Made by a program: the position numbers and the translations under genes. A DNA stretch of 64,000 nt from Penicillus capitatus. Taxonomy: Eukaryota > Plantae > Chlorophyta. Within the stretch, counting starts at the first letter, position 1. Each line of letters begins with the position of its first letter. Shown piece by piece: positions 11,974 through 25,988 of the stretch. The DNA is taken from the NCBI GenBank assembly GCA_965649825.1, contig OZ287703.1:1-64000 (forward strand), written 5' to 3'. The notes beneath the pieces were generated by a model. The model had not been told where the DNA came from. It saw nothing but the letters and a program-made list of their open reading frames with translations, and did no database searches.

Positions 11974-13417
11974 TCAGGGAGTCAACAGCTCAATGAGGAA
12001 GGCTTCAGTAGCCTCGGAACAGCTGGTGCCAGAAGCTTCGCAAACGAGATCAACAGGCTTCTCTCCGGAGCTCGTCACACTCGACGTCGATGCTCCGGCA
12101 GCAACAAGATCCTGGAAGGAAGCTCAGGCAATAAAGGGAGGTCATCCACTCACTACTGCGAACTGCGAAAGCCCCTTGTGCGCTGCATAGTGAAGCGGCG
12201 TCCATTGGTCTTTGTCAGCGGCGTCGACGTTTGCCCCGCCAGTTAGCAGCACCTGAAGACATAGAGACCGTCGAAGAGATTAGCGAAAAGGCTTCGAGTG
12301 TTCACCCAGATGACTATCGTTCTTCTGTTAAGCACTGCATAGTGAAGTGGTACTTTTCCGTATCTGTCGACGGCATCGATGTCCGCCCCACTGTCCAAAA
12401 GGACCTGGAAACACAGCATCGAAAAAGGAAACTGCGAGAACGCTTAGATCGCCCACTTCAGCGATATCTTTGTGTCCTGCACGCACTGCCAAGGTAAGCG
12501 GTGTCGATCGATAATAAGTTAGCTCTTTGACATCAGCCATATGAGCAAGGAGAACCTAAACGCGATGGGTCGATTGGAGAAACACAGGCGTCAGCATGTT
12601 CACCTCGACGACCTCCAAAGGGCCATAGTACGCGGACAGGAGAAGCGGTGTCCATCGATTTGTTTTGGCAACAGCGTGGACATTGACCCCGGCCTCCAGG
12701 AGAGTCTAAACGCTATGGATCGAGTGGACGAAGAACAAGCGTCCCGTGCTTACTTCGACGATATCTGCGTGTCCCTTCATGGCTGCATAGTGAAGCGGCG
12801 TCATTCCTTCTTCTTCGTCGACGGAATCGACACACGCCCCGCCAGCCAAGAGTTCCTGTGTACATAAGATATGTTAAGCAACAGCAAAACACCTCCGTCG
12901 AGTACTCACCTTGACCGTCTCCAGTTTTCCGTCGCGCGCTGCCTCGTGAAGCGGTGTCAACTCGTTTGCCGAGGGATTCTTGACGTCGACTTCTTCGTCG
13001 TTGTGAGCCTGTGAGACAAGAGCCCGTCGAAACATTGTTCGTGCTGCGACAACCGTACTGCATTGTTCGCCTTGGCACAATCGCGCGAAGCAGCGAATTC
13101 GCCGTTCTCTGCAGAACGAGACAGTTGTGCCGAGCAGAGCACAGTGGAGACCTTACCGTGCAGCGACTCTTCCGTCTTCTAGAGGGGAACGCACTCACAG
13201 CACGTCGTTGTATGCAGAATTACGAGCGAAGCTTACCGTGGCTTCGCGTTTAACGAACCCGTTGATCGTGGCCTCTGGGCTGCGACGCTCTGCCAAAGCA
13301 CGAGAAAAGGTCAGCTGCGAAGACATCCGTGCATTGCCGACCTTGGCTGCCGACAGACGGATGCGGTCCGCAGATCAGCAGCCACAACGAAACGAAGAGC
13401 AGCCACTGTCTCGTCAT
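11974..13417 (-). CDS. ANK2: predicted secreted ankyrin cassette protein (signal exon, linker exons, N-cap, 5 cassettes, C-cap)
   Basis: Spliced model [25 protein letters not shown]|ERRSPEAT...|...[19 protein letters not shown]| then 5 cassette exons |DLVAAGAST...[25 protein letters not shown]. All introns GT-AG and frame-consistent. Confidence 0.85.
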
Positions 13418-15441
13418 CCTTCAAGTGCGGCTCGCTGGCAGACTGCAGAAGAGTCGAGTGCTGACTGGAACTGAAACGTGAAATGGACGAATGGACGGTG
13501 CGACTGGTGTTTTATGCATGCGCATCGTACCCTGATGGACCCGAGCACAGCCAAAGGTCATTACGTAACTGCATCGTAAAGCATGGCTGTGCCACACAAT
13601 GCGTCTCCACGTTCCATGCGCCTCCTCTGCTGTGCTGTGCTAGGGTTTTGCCCTAGAAGCTTTTGTGGATGGAAGCCCATCCACAGATGTCACAGATCGT
13701 GTCTCCTGACTCTGCTGTGAACTGTATTGCATCTTGTCATTGTGTCTGTACAACATCCATCCTCACACGTTGTTCATGATGTGCTACACTCAGCACCAGG
13801 TGCTCTGCTGCTCTGTGCTCTCTACTTGCCATCCAGCAGCATAGCACCCGAGATTCGTCAGAATGACATGCACTAGACGCGGTTGAATGGCTCCTTCGAT
13901 ATCTCAGTTCCGGTGCAGATCTTCTATGCTGAGACACCTCCTCCAGCTTGGACTACTGCTTCACGTCGACGAGAGACATCCAGTTCCCTTTTCCTTGCCG
14001 ATTGTCGTTGCTGGCATGAAATCTACTAATTCATCATAGAGGCCATGGAGTGCAGAAGATGCTCACCTCTGGCGGGATCGCCGCCATGTGACGGAGAATC
14101 GAACAGTGCTCTTACCTTGGGAAAAAGGCATCAAACTCAAAGAGACGACGACAGCAGCCATCGAACTCCTCTTCGTCGTCTTGCCAACATCATTGTCGAG
14201 TCGTCCGACAGAAGTCTGGTTCCCGACTTCACTGAGCACACAACCTACTTAATGGTCTTCGTCCTGCGACGACCAACAGATCGCGCAGTTCGCTATTTCC
14301 ACTTTCCTGTTCAGCACAAATACATAACACTGACCACCACCGACATTGTTACCCACGCGTTTCAGCCCACTGTGGATGATGCCTCGCCTTTCTTGATCCG
14401 TCAGTCGCTACGGTGACAACGGGATAGCCGCGAGTTCCCTAACGCAACCAGATGGCATCGCCGTTGTATGCCGTCATCCAGTGGAAAATGTAGGCAGTGG
14501 GCGGATTTAAGGATCAGTCACCCCTGCGAGAATCTGGCCATTGCTACGGCCACATTTCTGTCTTGTCTTTGTGCCGTGTCTGCATCGAAGTTACGACTCG
14601 GAGTACGACGGGCGCCTCGTTTGTTCGACTGACCAAGATGCCTTCCACACCAGCAACTCTGTTCCTGACTTTATCTTTTATCTCTGGCCCATCCGTTCGT
14701 TCGCGCTTCTTTCGGAAAGCACATCCCGTGCTTTAGCGCACCTACAAGTTGAGCGTGTCTGGCACGTGAACCTCCATTGCGAGAAACATGCCGCTGAGGC
14801 AGGAATCAAAACGCTGCTGCGCCGACTCTTCTTTCAGCGCCATTGTCTCAGAGACTCTTGAAGGCGGCCGACCGGGCCTCTTCGGAAAACTTTCAATTCA
14901 GTCTGCGGTCGTTTTTTATCGCTCGTGAAAGCGAGTCCTTCGGACTGATCGCGATGCCGAAAAGGGGCCTGGTCACCCACGTAACCTACGGAGAACTCTC
15001 AGAACGCACACACGCGTTCGATTCTCAACCCAACGAAGGGATTAAAAGATAGCTCCAGGGTTTAATGTCTTCAGCCCATCGAGACCTTCTTCAAACGGCT
15101 ATCCGTTCTCTGGATCGTCTCGAAGGCGAACACCTTAGATTGTAGGTTCCTTGTGTGCTTCGCCGTCGCCAGGCTAACACGCTCGACATAAGTCTGATAG
15201 GAAGGAGTCTTTAGCAGGAGAGTCGATCATGGACTCATTAAGATCTGCAATATTCACGTTGACGGGGAAGGTTGATCAAGGAGGAGCGGCCTACGGGATC
15301 GTGGGACAGATCGTTTTCAGTCGAACATGAAGAAAGGATAGGAGCGCTAAGTTATCGGCGATTCCAATCTTGGCCGCCGTCGTAATCGACTGCCGCTTGA
15401 AACGAATGGCGCTAAACCCAGCTTACCAAAAAGGTGAAAGC

Positions 15442-15765
15442 ATGGAAGCAGATGGAGACGGGTTGTGTAGAAGAAGACTTTCCTCGGAAGTTGCATCGAG
15501 TCTGTCAAATGCTCTACTGTTGCAGAAATCTCTGGCCGAGTTGCTCAACACAGAGGACTATATGTTCAAGGTCTTTAAATCCTCCATCGACACCAAACTT
15601 GCTTCTGCCGAATCCTGGTCGCATTGCTTGAAGCGATCATCTTCGTTTGGGACTTTATCCAGCAATCAAGATTCCGACCTCGGCCTCTTTCCACTCAGGA
15701 ATCCATCCTCGAGTGAACCTGACTGTCTTGCGTATTTCCATCACTCATCCGCATCCAGCCGGTGA
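15442..15765 (+). pseudogene. Degenerate F-box/LRR 5' relic
   Basis: SLAELLNTEDYMFKVFKSSID resembles the family's LGELLDDEYFLSKVL lead-in, but the F-box core is decayed and no LRR exon follows. Confidence 0.3.
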
Positions 15766-16897
15766 TGGGACGTCTGTCATAGAAGCATTTAAGAAGACAT
15801 CAGACGTTGCATGTGCCCACCTACAATACGAGCGGAAGTCTACGTGGACAGTTTTTGAGAAGACTGCTGTCTCCTGCCAACTCTTTGGTCGCGCCTCAGA
15901 TCGTCTTTGGTTTTGAATATCTGCTCAGTCGCGTTATGTGTTCTTGCGTTTCTTGATGTACTAGAAAGGCGCTGGACTGTGCTCTACCAAGGAAGATGTA
16001 TCTCACTCACATATGCGTTTAATAGAGTCTTTGATGCTTGGCGATCTTCGCACTAACAGTGACCACACGGTGAAAAATGGATCTCTTCACGTCCACTTGC
16101 GAGATGCGACTCGCGTTAAGGACAAGCGTCCGTCATCCGACCGAGTTCTGGTTTTCTTCTTATTGTCTACGCGACGCTTTCGGATAGACAGAGCTTTTCG
16201 GAAGTTTATCACCGCAAACGTCTGCTGTGACACAAGGCGGAGTGGAAGGACACGATTGTGGCTTCAGTCCATTCGTCCAGGTTAAAAGCAGCGGCAGGTC
16301 GTTACCGAATCGAAAAACTATGTCAGTCGTCCAACGTTGGTGATGGCGATAGCATCTTCGCAAACCTACACCGTCGACGTGCGACGCGCTCTACGTACTG
16401 CTGTCGACTAAACCCACGAACAGCTTTGTCTGTCGTCCCTTGATACGTAGAGTCCAACAAGTGGTCTTAACTTCGACGTCAAGCCGTCACTGCTCTTTTG
16501 CGTATCGTCCGTCTTCTCATCTGTTTTCGCCGACGACGTTGACAGTAGTTCATTAGGAGGTCCCATTTCAGTAAAAGGAAAACGGCTGAGAGCACGACGA
16601 TTGCCATTGATTCGTTCAGAGGCATTCTCTCAAACAGGCACAGCCTTAGAAGGAGAGGGAGTCAGAAGAGTAGGTCTCCAAAACCAGCTTTGCGTTTAGG
16701 TTCAGTGTTCGGGCAGTGGAGTGCAAGAGAAAAATGAGGCAATAATAGCGTAGTACGATGAGGCTAGACTGATCCATATGATCCACGAACTGCGCCTGAA
16801 GTTCACACAGGTAACATCGACGGAAACAGTAACGGCCGACTTGTTTTCGCTTGTCGCGTTAAGCTTCGCGTCCGTCGACGCAGCTCTCTTTCCACCA

Positions 16898-18626
16898 ATG
16901 GAGACCGTACATCGGAGGAAATGTCGCCGACGCACAAGCAGTCTCCAGTCACACGAGTCCGATGCGGAAGACGCTGTCGGTAGAGAGTCCGGCTCGGAGA
17001 GGACGTTGGGCGCTCTCCTACAGAATCACGAGGACTTGTTTCTCAAGGTTCTTTCTTACGTCATGGACGACGGGCTGCACGAATGCCGACGCGTCTGTCG
17101 TCTTTGGCGAGACGCCTGCAGCAAGCTGCCGGTCCACCTGGGGGGTTCGTCCCTGGACAAGCTGAACAGAGTGATGGACTTGTTCCCGAACACCGTGTCA
17201 TTGAGTTTGGACAAGTTGTTCGATATTTATGACATCCTGGGAAGACAGGCGATTCAAAACCTGACGCGATTGAGCCATCTACGAAGTCTGAGTTTTTCCA
17301 CGTTCTTCGAAGAGGCAAGCATGGAGAGACTGACGGCATTGTTGCCATCGACGGACTGTTTACGTTCCTTCGACGTGTGGATACAAACAAAAGACGCCTT
17401 GAACGACGTCATACAACTGCTGCGTCTTCTGACGAACCTAGAGGCATTGACTCTCTTCGTTCCCCATTTCATACAAACAGACCTGGAGCCCGTCACCGAG
17501 ATTCGAAGACTCAGATATCTCGATGCAGATCTTCCGCTTTTTGTCAACAGCCGCCGAGAGCTGCTGTTCCCATCACTGACAAAGCTTACGTACCTCAAGC
17601 TTAGCGGCAACGTCTATGAACATGACGAGCCACGGCCTTCTTTCAGATTACGGGTATGCAAGTTCCGATAAAGCATCGCGTATCTCTAGGTGTCTGTTTT
17701 AGTCGCTCCTTCGGTATGCCACCACACTTACGGCGCTTGATCTCGAACTTCTCGATCAGAGACGCGATTTGCCGTCGACAGAAGAGCATCTCTGGAGCCG
17801 GTTTTGGTGCTTGTCAAGTCTCTCAATCATGTTCTCACACCGACAAGAAAACAGCTTCCTCGAGGCATTGATGGACATCCATCATCTGACAAGCCTGGTG
17901 TTGCAAGTCACAGATGAAGGAGACTTCAAGGCTCTCGCTGAGTTCATGTCCCCACTCACTGGACTCAGATCGCTCACTCTCTCTGGAAGTCGTCGATCGG
18001 GCACTCGATCTGATATCGAGGTAAGACACCTTATGACCCTGACGCAACTCACACAGCTCTCTTTGAACCATTATCGACTTGATCGTTGCCAACAACTTCC
18101 AACGGCAATTCGGTCTCTTCATTTCTGGTTTTGTGAGAGCCCCCCGGTGGACTTCGTTGAAGTACTGGTGACTATGACAGATCTGACGTCGCTGGAGATC
18201 GATTTTATCTCTAAAGATCTTCGTCTCTTTCCGAATAACGGTGTGACGCCATCTCAGTTTTCTGAGAAACTCGGAAGATTAAAGCATCTGTCGATACAGC
18301 ATGTGCTCAACAATCACTGGTTTCTGGACGCCGTTGGTATGCTGACTCAACTGACGTCCCTTAAACTTGTTGATAACAAAGCATCTCTTGACCCGCACCT
18401 CGCCTGTCGTCAATTGAGTCATCTCACAGAACTGGTGGAGCTGGTGATCTCCTTTCAGGAAACCTTACACTCTGTGAGCGATTTCAATTTCCCGCAACTG
18501 TATTTGCCGAAGCTCAGGGTATTAGAGCTTCCATATGATGACGTCTATGACAATTCGCACCGAGCACTGTGGAAGGGACTGTGGAAAAGCTTTCCTTGTC
18601 TTCGCTCACTTTCGCAGTCCAAATAA
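16898..18626 (+). CDS. FBL2: F-box/LRR protein, two exons
   Basis: LLQNHEDLFLKVLSYVMDDGLHECRRVCRLWRDAC plus LRRs. A ~49-nt intron near 17654-17702 joins ORFs 16778-17671 and 17769-18626 in frame. Confidence 0.85.
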
Positions 18627-18959
18627 TCTCGGATCTCTACATAAGGTGCTGCCTTTTCATGAATTGCGACCCACAGAGCGGTGCGTTCCAGATCGTAAGA
18701 GTTCACAAGATCGGTTTTCCTGGTGAATCCGACACAGAATAAAACGGTCAACAAACCCAATGACAATACTGTCGGTGTCATTAAGCACGTCCGAGCTGCC
18801 CTATAGGAGCTGCTGGACGATACCTATTTGATTCTACTCTCTAAGGCGACTGAATTCACAACCACTCAGCATCATTATCGTAGCATTACTGTTCTGCTAT
18901 CGGCCATAATGCCGATCAGAGCGACATTTGTTTATGAGTAATGATGTCTTGACAGATTC

Positions 18960-20570
18960 TCAGTGATCCAGTCCCGTCACCGCTGCGATGCGCGAGGAAG
19001 GTTGTTTGACTCCATCGGCCATCGACGAATCAATCATGTAAAAGAACACTGCAAACCTGAATACAATGACACCCGAAAAAGGCGGATCCAGTGAGGTACA
19101 CGCAATGCGTTGGCGATACAGGATTGTGGAGATGTGGACGCGTGCGTGTGTCGCTCACTCCACTACTTGACGCGACGTTCCTAACCAACACTTCGATCGT
19201 CGTCCTCGATAACGAGGAAGCACTCTGCGTTCTGCTCGTTGAGGTTCAGACGTGGCCAGTCGTCGAAGCTTACAGCAACATACAAACTGCTTTTATGCTG
19301 CGCGCCAAGCACTCCAATACCAGCGATTCCAATTCGACGGTAGTCTATACCGAGCGACATGGATTTACTTCTCTGAAAACTGACGATCGCGAAGCGCGTC
19401 GTGTATGTTCAAGTTTCTCGAGATTCGCTCTTGAGTGACGACATCACGTTTTGGGAGTCAAGGAAATGAAACGTCGGTGAAGCTGAATGTTCCTTCACTT
19501 GCGCTGTATACCTTTGGTAACAGATTGCATTGAGGGATTGTGATAAAACCTCTTTACATAGCAACACTCCGTCGAGACGACAGCAAATGTTGTTTTGTGA
19601 TTTGCGCTCTGTTTGAAATCATGAAATTTGCTCTATAAAGCGGTGGTATAGCGTAGCGAGAAACGGCGGAACGCTTACCGTATTGCATGTTTTCCTCTAA
19701 AATCGTAGACGACGGAATACGGGAACTCCATTCGACTCAATGACACAACAGAGGTCTGGCCAGGGCCGACAAGCGAAGTTGCGGTTTCGCGTGGTCGACT
19801 TGTCACAACTTTCTGGCGCCGGAGATGTGGAAATACATCGTTATGCTTTTGTTTTCAAAACACGTCGCAACTGTGGTTTGACGAACGGATGAATGATCGC
19901 TCTTGCGGCAGTGTCATCCGAGAAGAGCACTCGATGCGGATTGTCAGAGAGCACAAACACCACGTGCGTGACAGTCACTCGTTTGCCAGGCCTTCTAAAG
20001 AGGATCGTAGCCATCGATGAAGGCCTCGTCGTCTTGGCAATAGCCGGCAGCGCTGAACCACAGACGAGGGATGCCACGTGCGTTAGTCTACGGCACGTCA
20101 ACGCAAACAGTGTCGGTAGAGCAATCGAAGAGAGAACTCGCGAAGCGCGATGGTCGGAGAGATTGAATAACCCCTTTGTTGATTTCAATACCGTCCACAT
20201 GCAAACAACCCGAAAGACTGAACTTCTTTCAGAAATCTGCCGACCCCATTAAGACTTATAAACGAAAGAGGAACGCTAGTGAATGGCACAGTGCGTTCCC
20301 TTAGGTGCAGATGCACCGAGACTCCTCACACAAGGAGGATCTGTCGAAAAATGTAAATGTTGCTTAACCCACTGTGTTTGTTACCACTGGCACAAAAAAA
20401 CAGATTCAATAATGTTTATGCATATGACAACGTCCAACAGAATGGCGGAGTTTCATTAACACTTTTCAACTCCGCCCAGACAGATAAGCAGTGTACCATG
20501 CAGAGTGTCGTTGTACGAGACTTTTCAAAAAAGAAATAATACCGCAGATTTGAGTAATGCTTGGATCCAA
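18960..20570. repeat. Third copy of the ANK-FBL spacer (also ~1700-3340 inverted and ~53490-55130 direct)
   Basis: The same ORF-track translations recur in all three copies, e.g. ...ARRVCSSFSRFALE and NTSQLWFDERMNDRSCGSV. Confidence 0.85.
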
Positions 20571-20576
20571 GGCGCG

Positions 20577-21862
20577 TCAGCGCTGCAGCAGTTCCGTGAG
20601 GAAGGATCGAGTACATTCAGAACACTTGGCGTCCGATGAATTGCAGATGACGTCGAAGGGGATTTCTCCATCGTCGCTGGCGATCGACTTTGACGCCCCG
20701 ACATAGACAAGACCCTGAGAAGAGATTCAGAGAGTAAACGAAACATAATCACTCACTGTCGCGATTTGCAACTGTCCGGCATACGATGCTAGATTGAGCG
20801 GTGTCCATCCGTAGTTGTTTTCGACGTCGACACTCGCCCCGCGAGCCACGAGAGCCTGGAGAAACGTGAGCAGTCGAACGGACGAAGAAAAGTATCTAAT
20901 GCTTACTTGAACGATTTCTGCATGTCCGTAACGCGCTGAGTGGTGAAGCGGTGTCCATTGTTTGTCGTTTGCGGCGTTGACATTCGCCCCGGCCTCCATG
21001 AGAGCCTAGAGCGAGAGATATAGGACACAAAAAGAGACGTTCAGTGCTCACCGATGCAGCTTCTGTCTGCCCGTAATGGGCAGCCGTGTGAAGCGGTGTC
21101 CATCCTTCATTGTCTATGGCGTAGACACTCGCGTCATGCGCGAGAAGGACCTAAACGCGATAGACAGTGTGGACGAAAAAGGCATTCAATCCTCACCCAG
21201 ACGATATCTGTGTGTCCGTGACGGGCTGCATAGTGAAGCGGTGTCCATCCGTCTTCGTCGTCGGCATCGACATCCGCCCCATTGGCCAGAAGTTCCTGAA
21301 GACACAAGATAGGTCAAGTGAAAGCAAAAACGCGTCTGTCTGTCTAGCGCGCACCTTGACCCTGTCGGTTTGCCCGTCGCGCGCTGCCTCGTGAAGCGGT
21401 GTCAACGCGTTTGCCGAGGGATTCTTGACGTCGACTTCTTCGTCGTTGTGAGCCTGTGAGACAAGAGCCCGTCGAAACATTGTTCGTGCTGCGACAACCG
21501 TACTGCATTGTTCGCCTTGGCACAATCGCGCGAAGCAGCGAATTCGCCGTTCTCTGCAGAACGAGACAGTTGTGCCGAGCAGAGCACAGTGGAGACCTTA
21601 CCGTGCAGCGACTCTTCCGTCTTCTAGAGGGGAACGCACTCACAGCACGTCGTTGTATGCAGAATTACGAGCGAAGCTTACCGTGGCTTCGCGTTTAACG
21701 AACCCGTTGATCGTGGCCTCTGGGCTGCGACGCTCTGCCAAAGCACGAGAAAAGGTCAGCTGCGAAGACATCCGTGCATTGCCGACCTTGGCTGCCGACA
21801 GACGGATGCGGTCCGCAGATCAGCAGCCACAACGAAACGAAGAGCAGCCACTGTCTCGTCAT
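20577..21862 (-). CDS. ANK3: predicted secreted ankyrin cassette protein (4 cassettes)
   Basis: 5' exons nearly identical to ANK2; four 99-nt cassettes (ELLANG, VLLAHD, ALMEAG, ALVARG); C-cap ...[24 protein letters not shown]. Confidence 0.85.
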
Positions 21863-22050
21863 CCTTCAAGTGCGGCTCGCTGGTAGACTGCAGAAGAGTC
21901 GAGTGCTGGCTGGAACTGAAACGTGAAATGGACGAATGGACGGTGCGACTGGTGTTTTATGCATGCGCATCGTACCCTGATGGACCCGAGCACAGCCAAG
22001 GGTCATTACGTAACTGCATCGTAAGGCATGGCTGTGCCACACGATGCGTC
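21370..22050. repeat. Direct duplicate of ~12940-13620 (ANK2/ANK3 5' exons and upstream region)
   Basis: Near-identical sequence; weaker homology continues outward for several hundred bases. Confidence 0.85.
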
Positions 22051-24311
22051 TCCACGTTCCATGTGCTTTCCTCTGTTTGCTGTTGTATGCCATGGGTCTT
22101 GTCACACACTTGGGGTTAGAGATCCATCCATACATGTACACAGGGAGTGTCTTTCAACTGTGCTGTCGAAGTGAGATTGCTGTTTGAGATCAAGTGTCTT
22201 GTCATTTGGTTTTCGTGCAATGTCCCAGGCATGTTGTCTCTATCTGCTCCATCCAGCACCTGGCGCTCTGCTGTTGCTCTCTACTTTCTACTTGTCATCC
22301 AGCAAGCAGTATAAGCGGAGAGATTCGTCAGAATGAGATGCAATAGACTTGGTTGAAGGGCCCCTTCGATATCTCAGTTCCTGCGAAGATCTCCTGTGCT
22401 TAGACAGACACCTTCTCCAGCTTGGACTACAGCTTCAACTTGACGAGAGACATTCAGTTCCCTTTTCCCTGCGAATGGTCGATGCCGACATGACATCCAA
22501 TGATTCACTGTCGAAGCTGTGAAGCGCAGAAGATGCCAAACCTCAGCAGGATCGCCACCATATGACCGAGAATCGAATCGTATTCTTGCCTTGGGAAGAG
22601 AAGGTATCAACCTCAAAGAGACCACCGCGACCGTCCAACATCGACAATGGAACGAACATCTTCGGATCGGCGGTCTCTTCCGTCGTTTATTGTTAGCAGC
22701 GTCGTTCGTCGAGTCGTCCGACGAAACCATGAATCCTATCTCCGCTTGGCAGATAGCTTCCCGAATAGTCTTTGCGCTTCGGTGGCCAGAACGTGCAGTT
22801 CACCGTTCCCGCTCTGCTGAACTGCCTCATTGCACATATTTATTCATCGATAGAGGCACTCACACATTCCAGTTGGTCTGGATGATGCCTCCTCTCCTTT
22901 CTGGTTTTGTCGCTCGCCTCAGCGAGTCATCGGGAACAACGATAAGGTCGACGTTGGCAGTGCTGCGCTGCGCACGACGTCTTTCTCCCTCCACTCGAAG
23001 TCTCTTTCTTCTCCACAGCGACAGACGATCACGCTGCCGACAGCACCATTCTCACTCTGAACCAGGTTTCATTTTGCCGAGAGCAGTCAGGCAATGAGTA
23101 AACTGGAAAAGACATTAGCATTGCTACAGTATGCGGTCACCACTGCAGATACTGCAGAGCGAGAAGAGCGGCCATCTGTTCCAGTCAAGCCGGGGCTCCA
23201 GAAACAATGTTTCCCTCAGACAAAGGTAACTTGACCAGATCTGTCGCATCTTAGGGTGACAGTCTCGCTGACTGAAGGTCTCTCGCCAAAGAAGTTTCCT
23301 CGGACTCATTCTAGTTCAAGTCGGCGGCGACCTTCAAGAATACCGTCCCTACACAGAAGACAAACGTGAGGACTCTACCGCGCAAATCACTCCTGTCGAG
23401 CAGTGCCAGATCGTCGGCAAGTTGCATGGATTAACAGCACTTCGACGATGAAGGCGCAGCAACCTCGACAAGCGAAGTCTTGGCGCTGTCTGCACACAGA
23501 AAACAGAAACCACAATTCCTAAGAGATGCTAACGTTTCTAAGGACAGAGAAGTGTTGAAATCGATGGATGGCGACGCTTCGCGCCTCTCAATGGCGGACA
23601 TCGTTGATTCTGCACACGTTCGTGGGAAAGACTCCCACAGTCTGGACACACCTTGGGCTACAGAAAACCATCCTGGAATACTGCCAGGGTCGACACGGAC
23701 ATGAAACAAACGACGATCCATCTCATGGCATCGTAGGTCCACATAAGCAAACCGCGACGAGAGAAGAATACGCGACTGCCTTACCTGTTACGTTCGCTTG
23801 ATCATCCGCGAGACTCGATTGCGCATTCCAATGTAATATACAATGCGGCCCAGTCCGTGTAAAACAGACCAGTGGAGCAGACCTGTTTTCTTGCGTCCAG
23901 CTCTGGATCGTAGAACTCCTTTGTTTCGAATCGTTGAATGTTCACTGCATCAGTCGTCGGAGTCGGTGATGCGGAAGGTGTATCTTGATGTGACAGGAGC
24001 ATACCATCGCTGCCAAAATGGCTGTCGATCGATCTTCTCTCTTCTCTGTTTACTCATTCTGTACGTGCCAAGGGTGAGGTTACATAGACTGAGACAATCT
24101 GTCGTTCGTGCATGTCAGGAATGGAAGAGTGAGAAACATCGAAATTGGTCAACACACACAACTAATAATGCGTTCTGAAGTAAAAATTGCTTTCGTTTTA
24201 ATGCGTTCATTCTCCCCACATTAGAGTGCATGGCATCTGCCTCTCTTATCCTACACAGGTACCGAGCCTTATAAAGAGCGAAAACGTTTTGTGAGTAGTG
24301 GACGCAGACAG

Positions 24312-25988
24312 CTACTCCAGATGGTTCAGACAAGGGAGCTTTCTTTTCAACTCTCGACGCGCACCATCCGTTAAGTTCTCGGCGCCGGTGCAGAGGGAGC
24401 GCAATCTTGGGAAGCTCCCTTCGACGAGGTAACCTCGCACACCCGTCAGCAGATCGAAGAAGTCCAAGTGCGTGATCATCAGAGTCAGCTCCCTCAACTT
24501 CGTCAGAAGCGTGATTCTGCAGAATCGCTGACGCGAATCGAAATCCATCGGCCCGTTCGAGCACACCGCGAGGGACGTCAGACTCTTCAGAGATCCCAGC
24601 GCCGGAAAGAAATCCTCTTCGATCTTCAGATCGGCCATTATCAGCGAGAAACTCTCCAATCGGGTCAGCGAAGCGAAGACAGACCCGGAGAGACCTCTAT
24701 CCAGGTAGCAGTTCAGAACCAGGTCCTCCAGCAGAGGCAGATGAGAGAGCGTTCGAGTCAGGTCGAGGTTAGGGTCTGCGCCGACGCACAGTCCCAGACG
24801 GACGAGTCCTGTGAGTTCGCTGACGGACGATGTCACTGGGGTGTGCACGGCAAGAAGCTGTGTCAGGTTGGACAAGAGCGCCAGCGAATCGAATCCCGGG
24901 TCGATCCGATTCCTGTTGCAGCCTCCGATCGTCAGCGACTTCAGCTGACTCAATCCGAAGAACGCCTCCGCGTCCGCAATCGTCGAGATTCTCAAGGGAC
25001 TGAGTGCGAGCTCCGTGACGGTGCCCATCTCTCTGAGCTTTGCCCAGAGTTGGGAACTCCATCGCGACATGTCGGACTTCGAGACGCAGAGCGTTTCCAG
25101 GCTCGTGAAGTGGTCGAGCACAGACCAGTCCGCTGTCGGCAGAATCCACATTTCATTGCGCCCGTTGGTGTCGTCGAACGACTTCAGCGTGGAAGCGTAA
25201 GGGAGCAGGATCTGGAAGATGCACACAGGCTTCCTTACATGAGGTCAGCGACGGACGGGAGTCACCTCGAGCAGTCTGCCTTCGCACTGCGGTCTCGTTC
25301 TTCTCGACAGCGCGCTTGTCAGCTCCAGTGTCGTTAGATTCGTCAGGGAAGGAAACACAAGCTGGCCTTGTCGGTCGATCAGGAGGCTGGGACCGACGCA
25401 CAGTTCCTCGATCTTGCGCATGTCGGCGAGCGGCTCCAGGTCGATGTCGACATTCTTCGGTTCCATCACCCACAGGCGTGTCAGATTCGTGAGGTGCTTC
25501 AGCGCCGATGCCGTCTGGGAATGCAATTGGTCGGAGTGCAGTCGCACCGAAAGCGACAGCAGTCGCTGCAGGGAAGGCAATGCGATTAACAGGCCAAAGT
25601 GCATACAGAGGGAGGACGATGCGCTTTCGGGCGGATGCTCTCCTTCGATGGACAGTTGTTCGATGTTCGGGAAACGGGTGAGGACGTCCAGGTAGTAGTA
25701 GAGGTCGCCCGGGTAGTAGTAGAGGTCGTCCGTGGATGCCTCGTTGTCCACCGACACGGAAACGGCGTTGGGAAACTTCGAGGCGGCGTCCGGCATCTTC
25801 TCCCAAGGAACGCGTGCGAGTCTGGGGTGCATCCGCAGACTCAGACTGCGCCATCTCCGACAGACGCGCGAACACTCGTGGAGCCCGTCGTCCACGAGAT
25901 ACCTTAAGACCTTAGACAGAAAGTACTCATCGTCCAGCAGTTCTCCGAGACGGCTCTCCTGCTGCGTACAGCGCGACACGTTGCTCAT
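24312..25988 (-). CDS. FBL3: F-box/LRR protein, two exons
   Basis: LLDDEYFLSKVLRYLVDDGLHECSRVCRRWRSL plus LRRs; short intron near 25210-25263; small internal duplication giving DDLYYYPGDLYYYLD. Confidence 0.85.

Noticed and set aside
13275-13326. ANK2/ANK3 start at MSSQLTF (13326 / 21771)
   Set aside because: The ATG is ATT in ANK4 and ANK6 and lies inside a 52-nt intron whose removal gives a conserved signal exon in all four copies.
22880-24250. ORFs in 22.9-24.2 kb, 15.9-16.7 kb and 26.1-27.0 kb as genes or a second PLAC8
   Set aside because: No convincing motif or splice model was found; left unannotated.
24468-25875. Long Arg/Gln-rich ORFs overlapping FBL3, and similar ORFs over the CYP, gag-pol and ANK arrays
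   Set aside because: They are antisense or alternative-frame shadows of real coding sequence with no recognisable domains.
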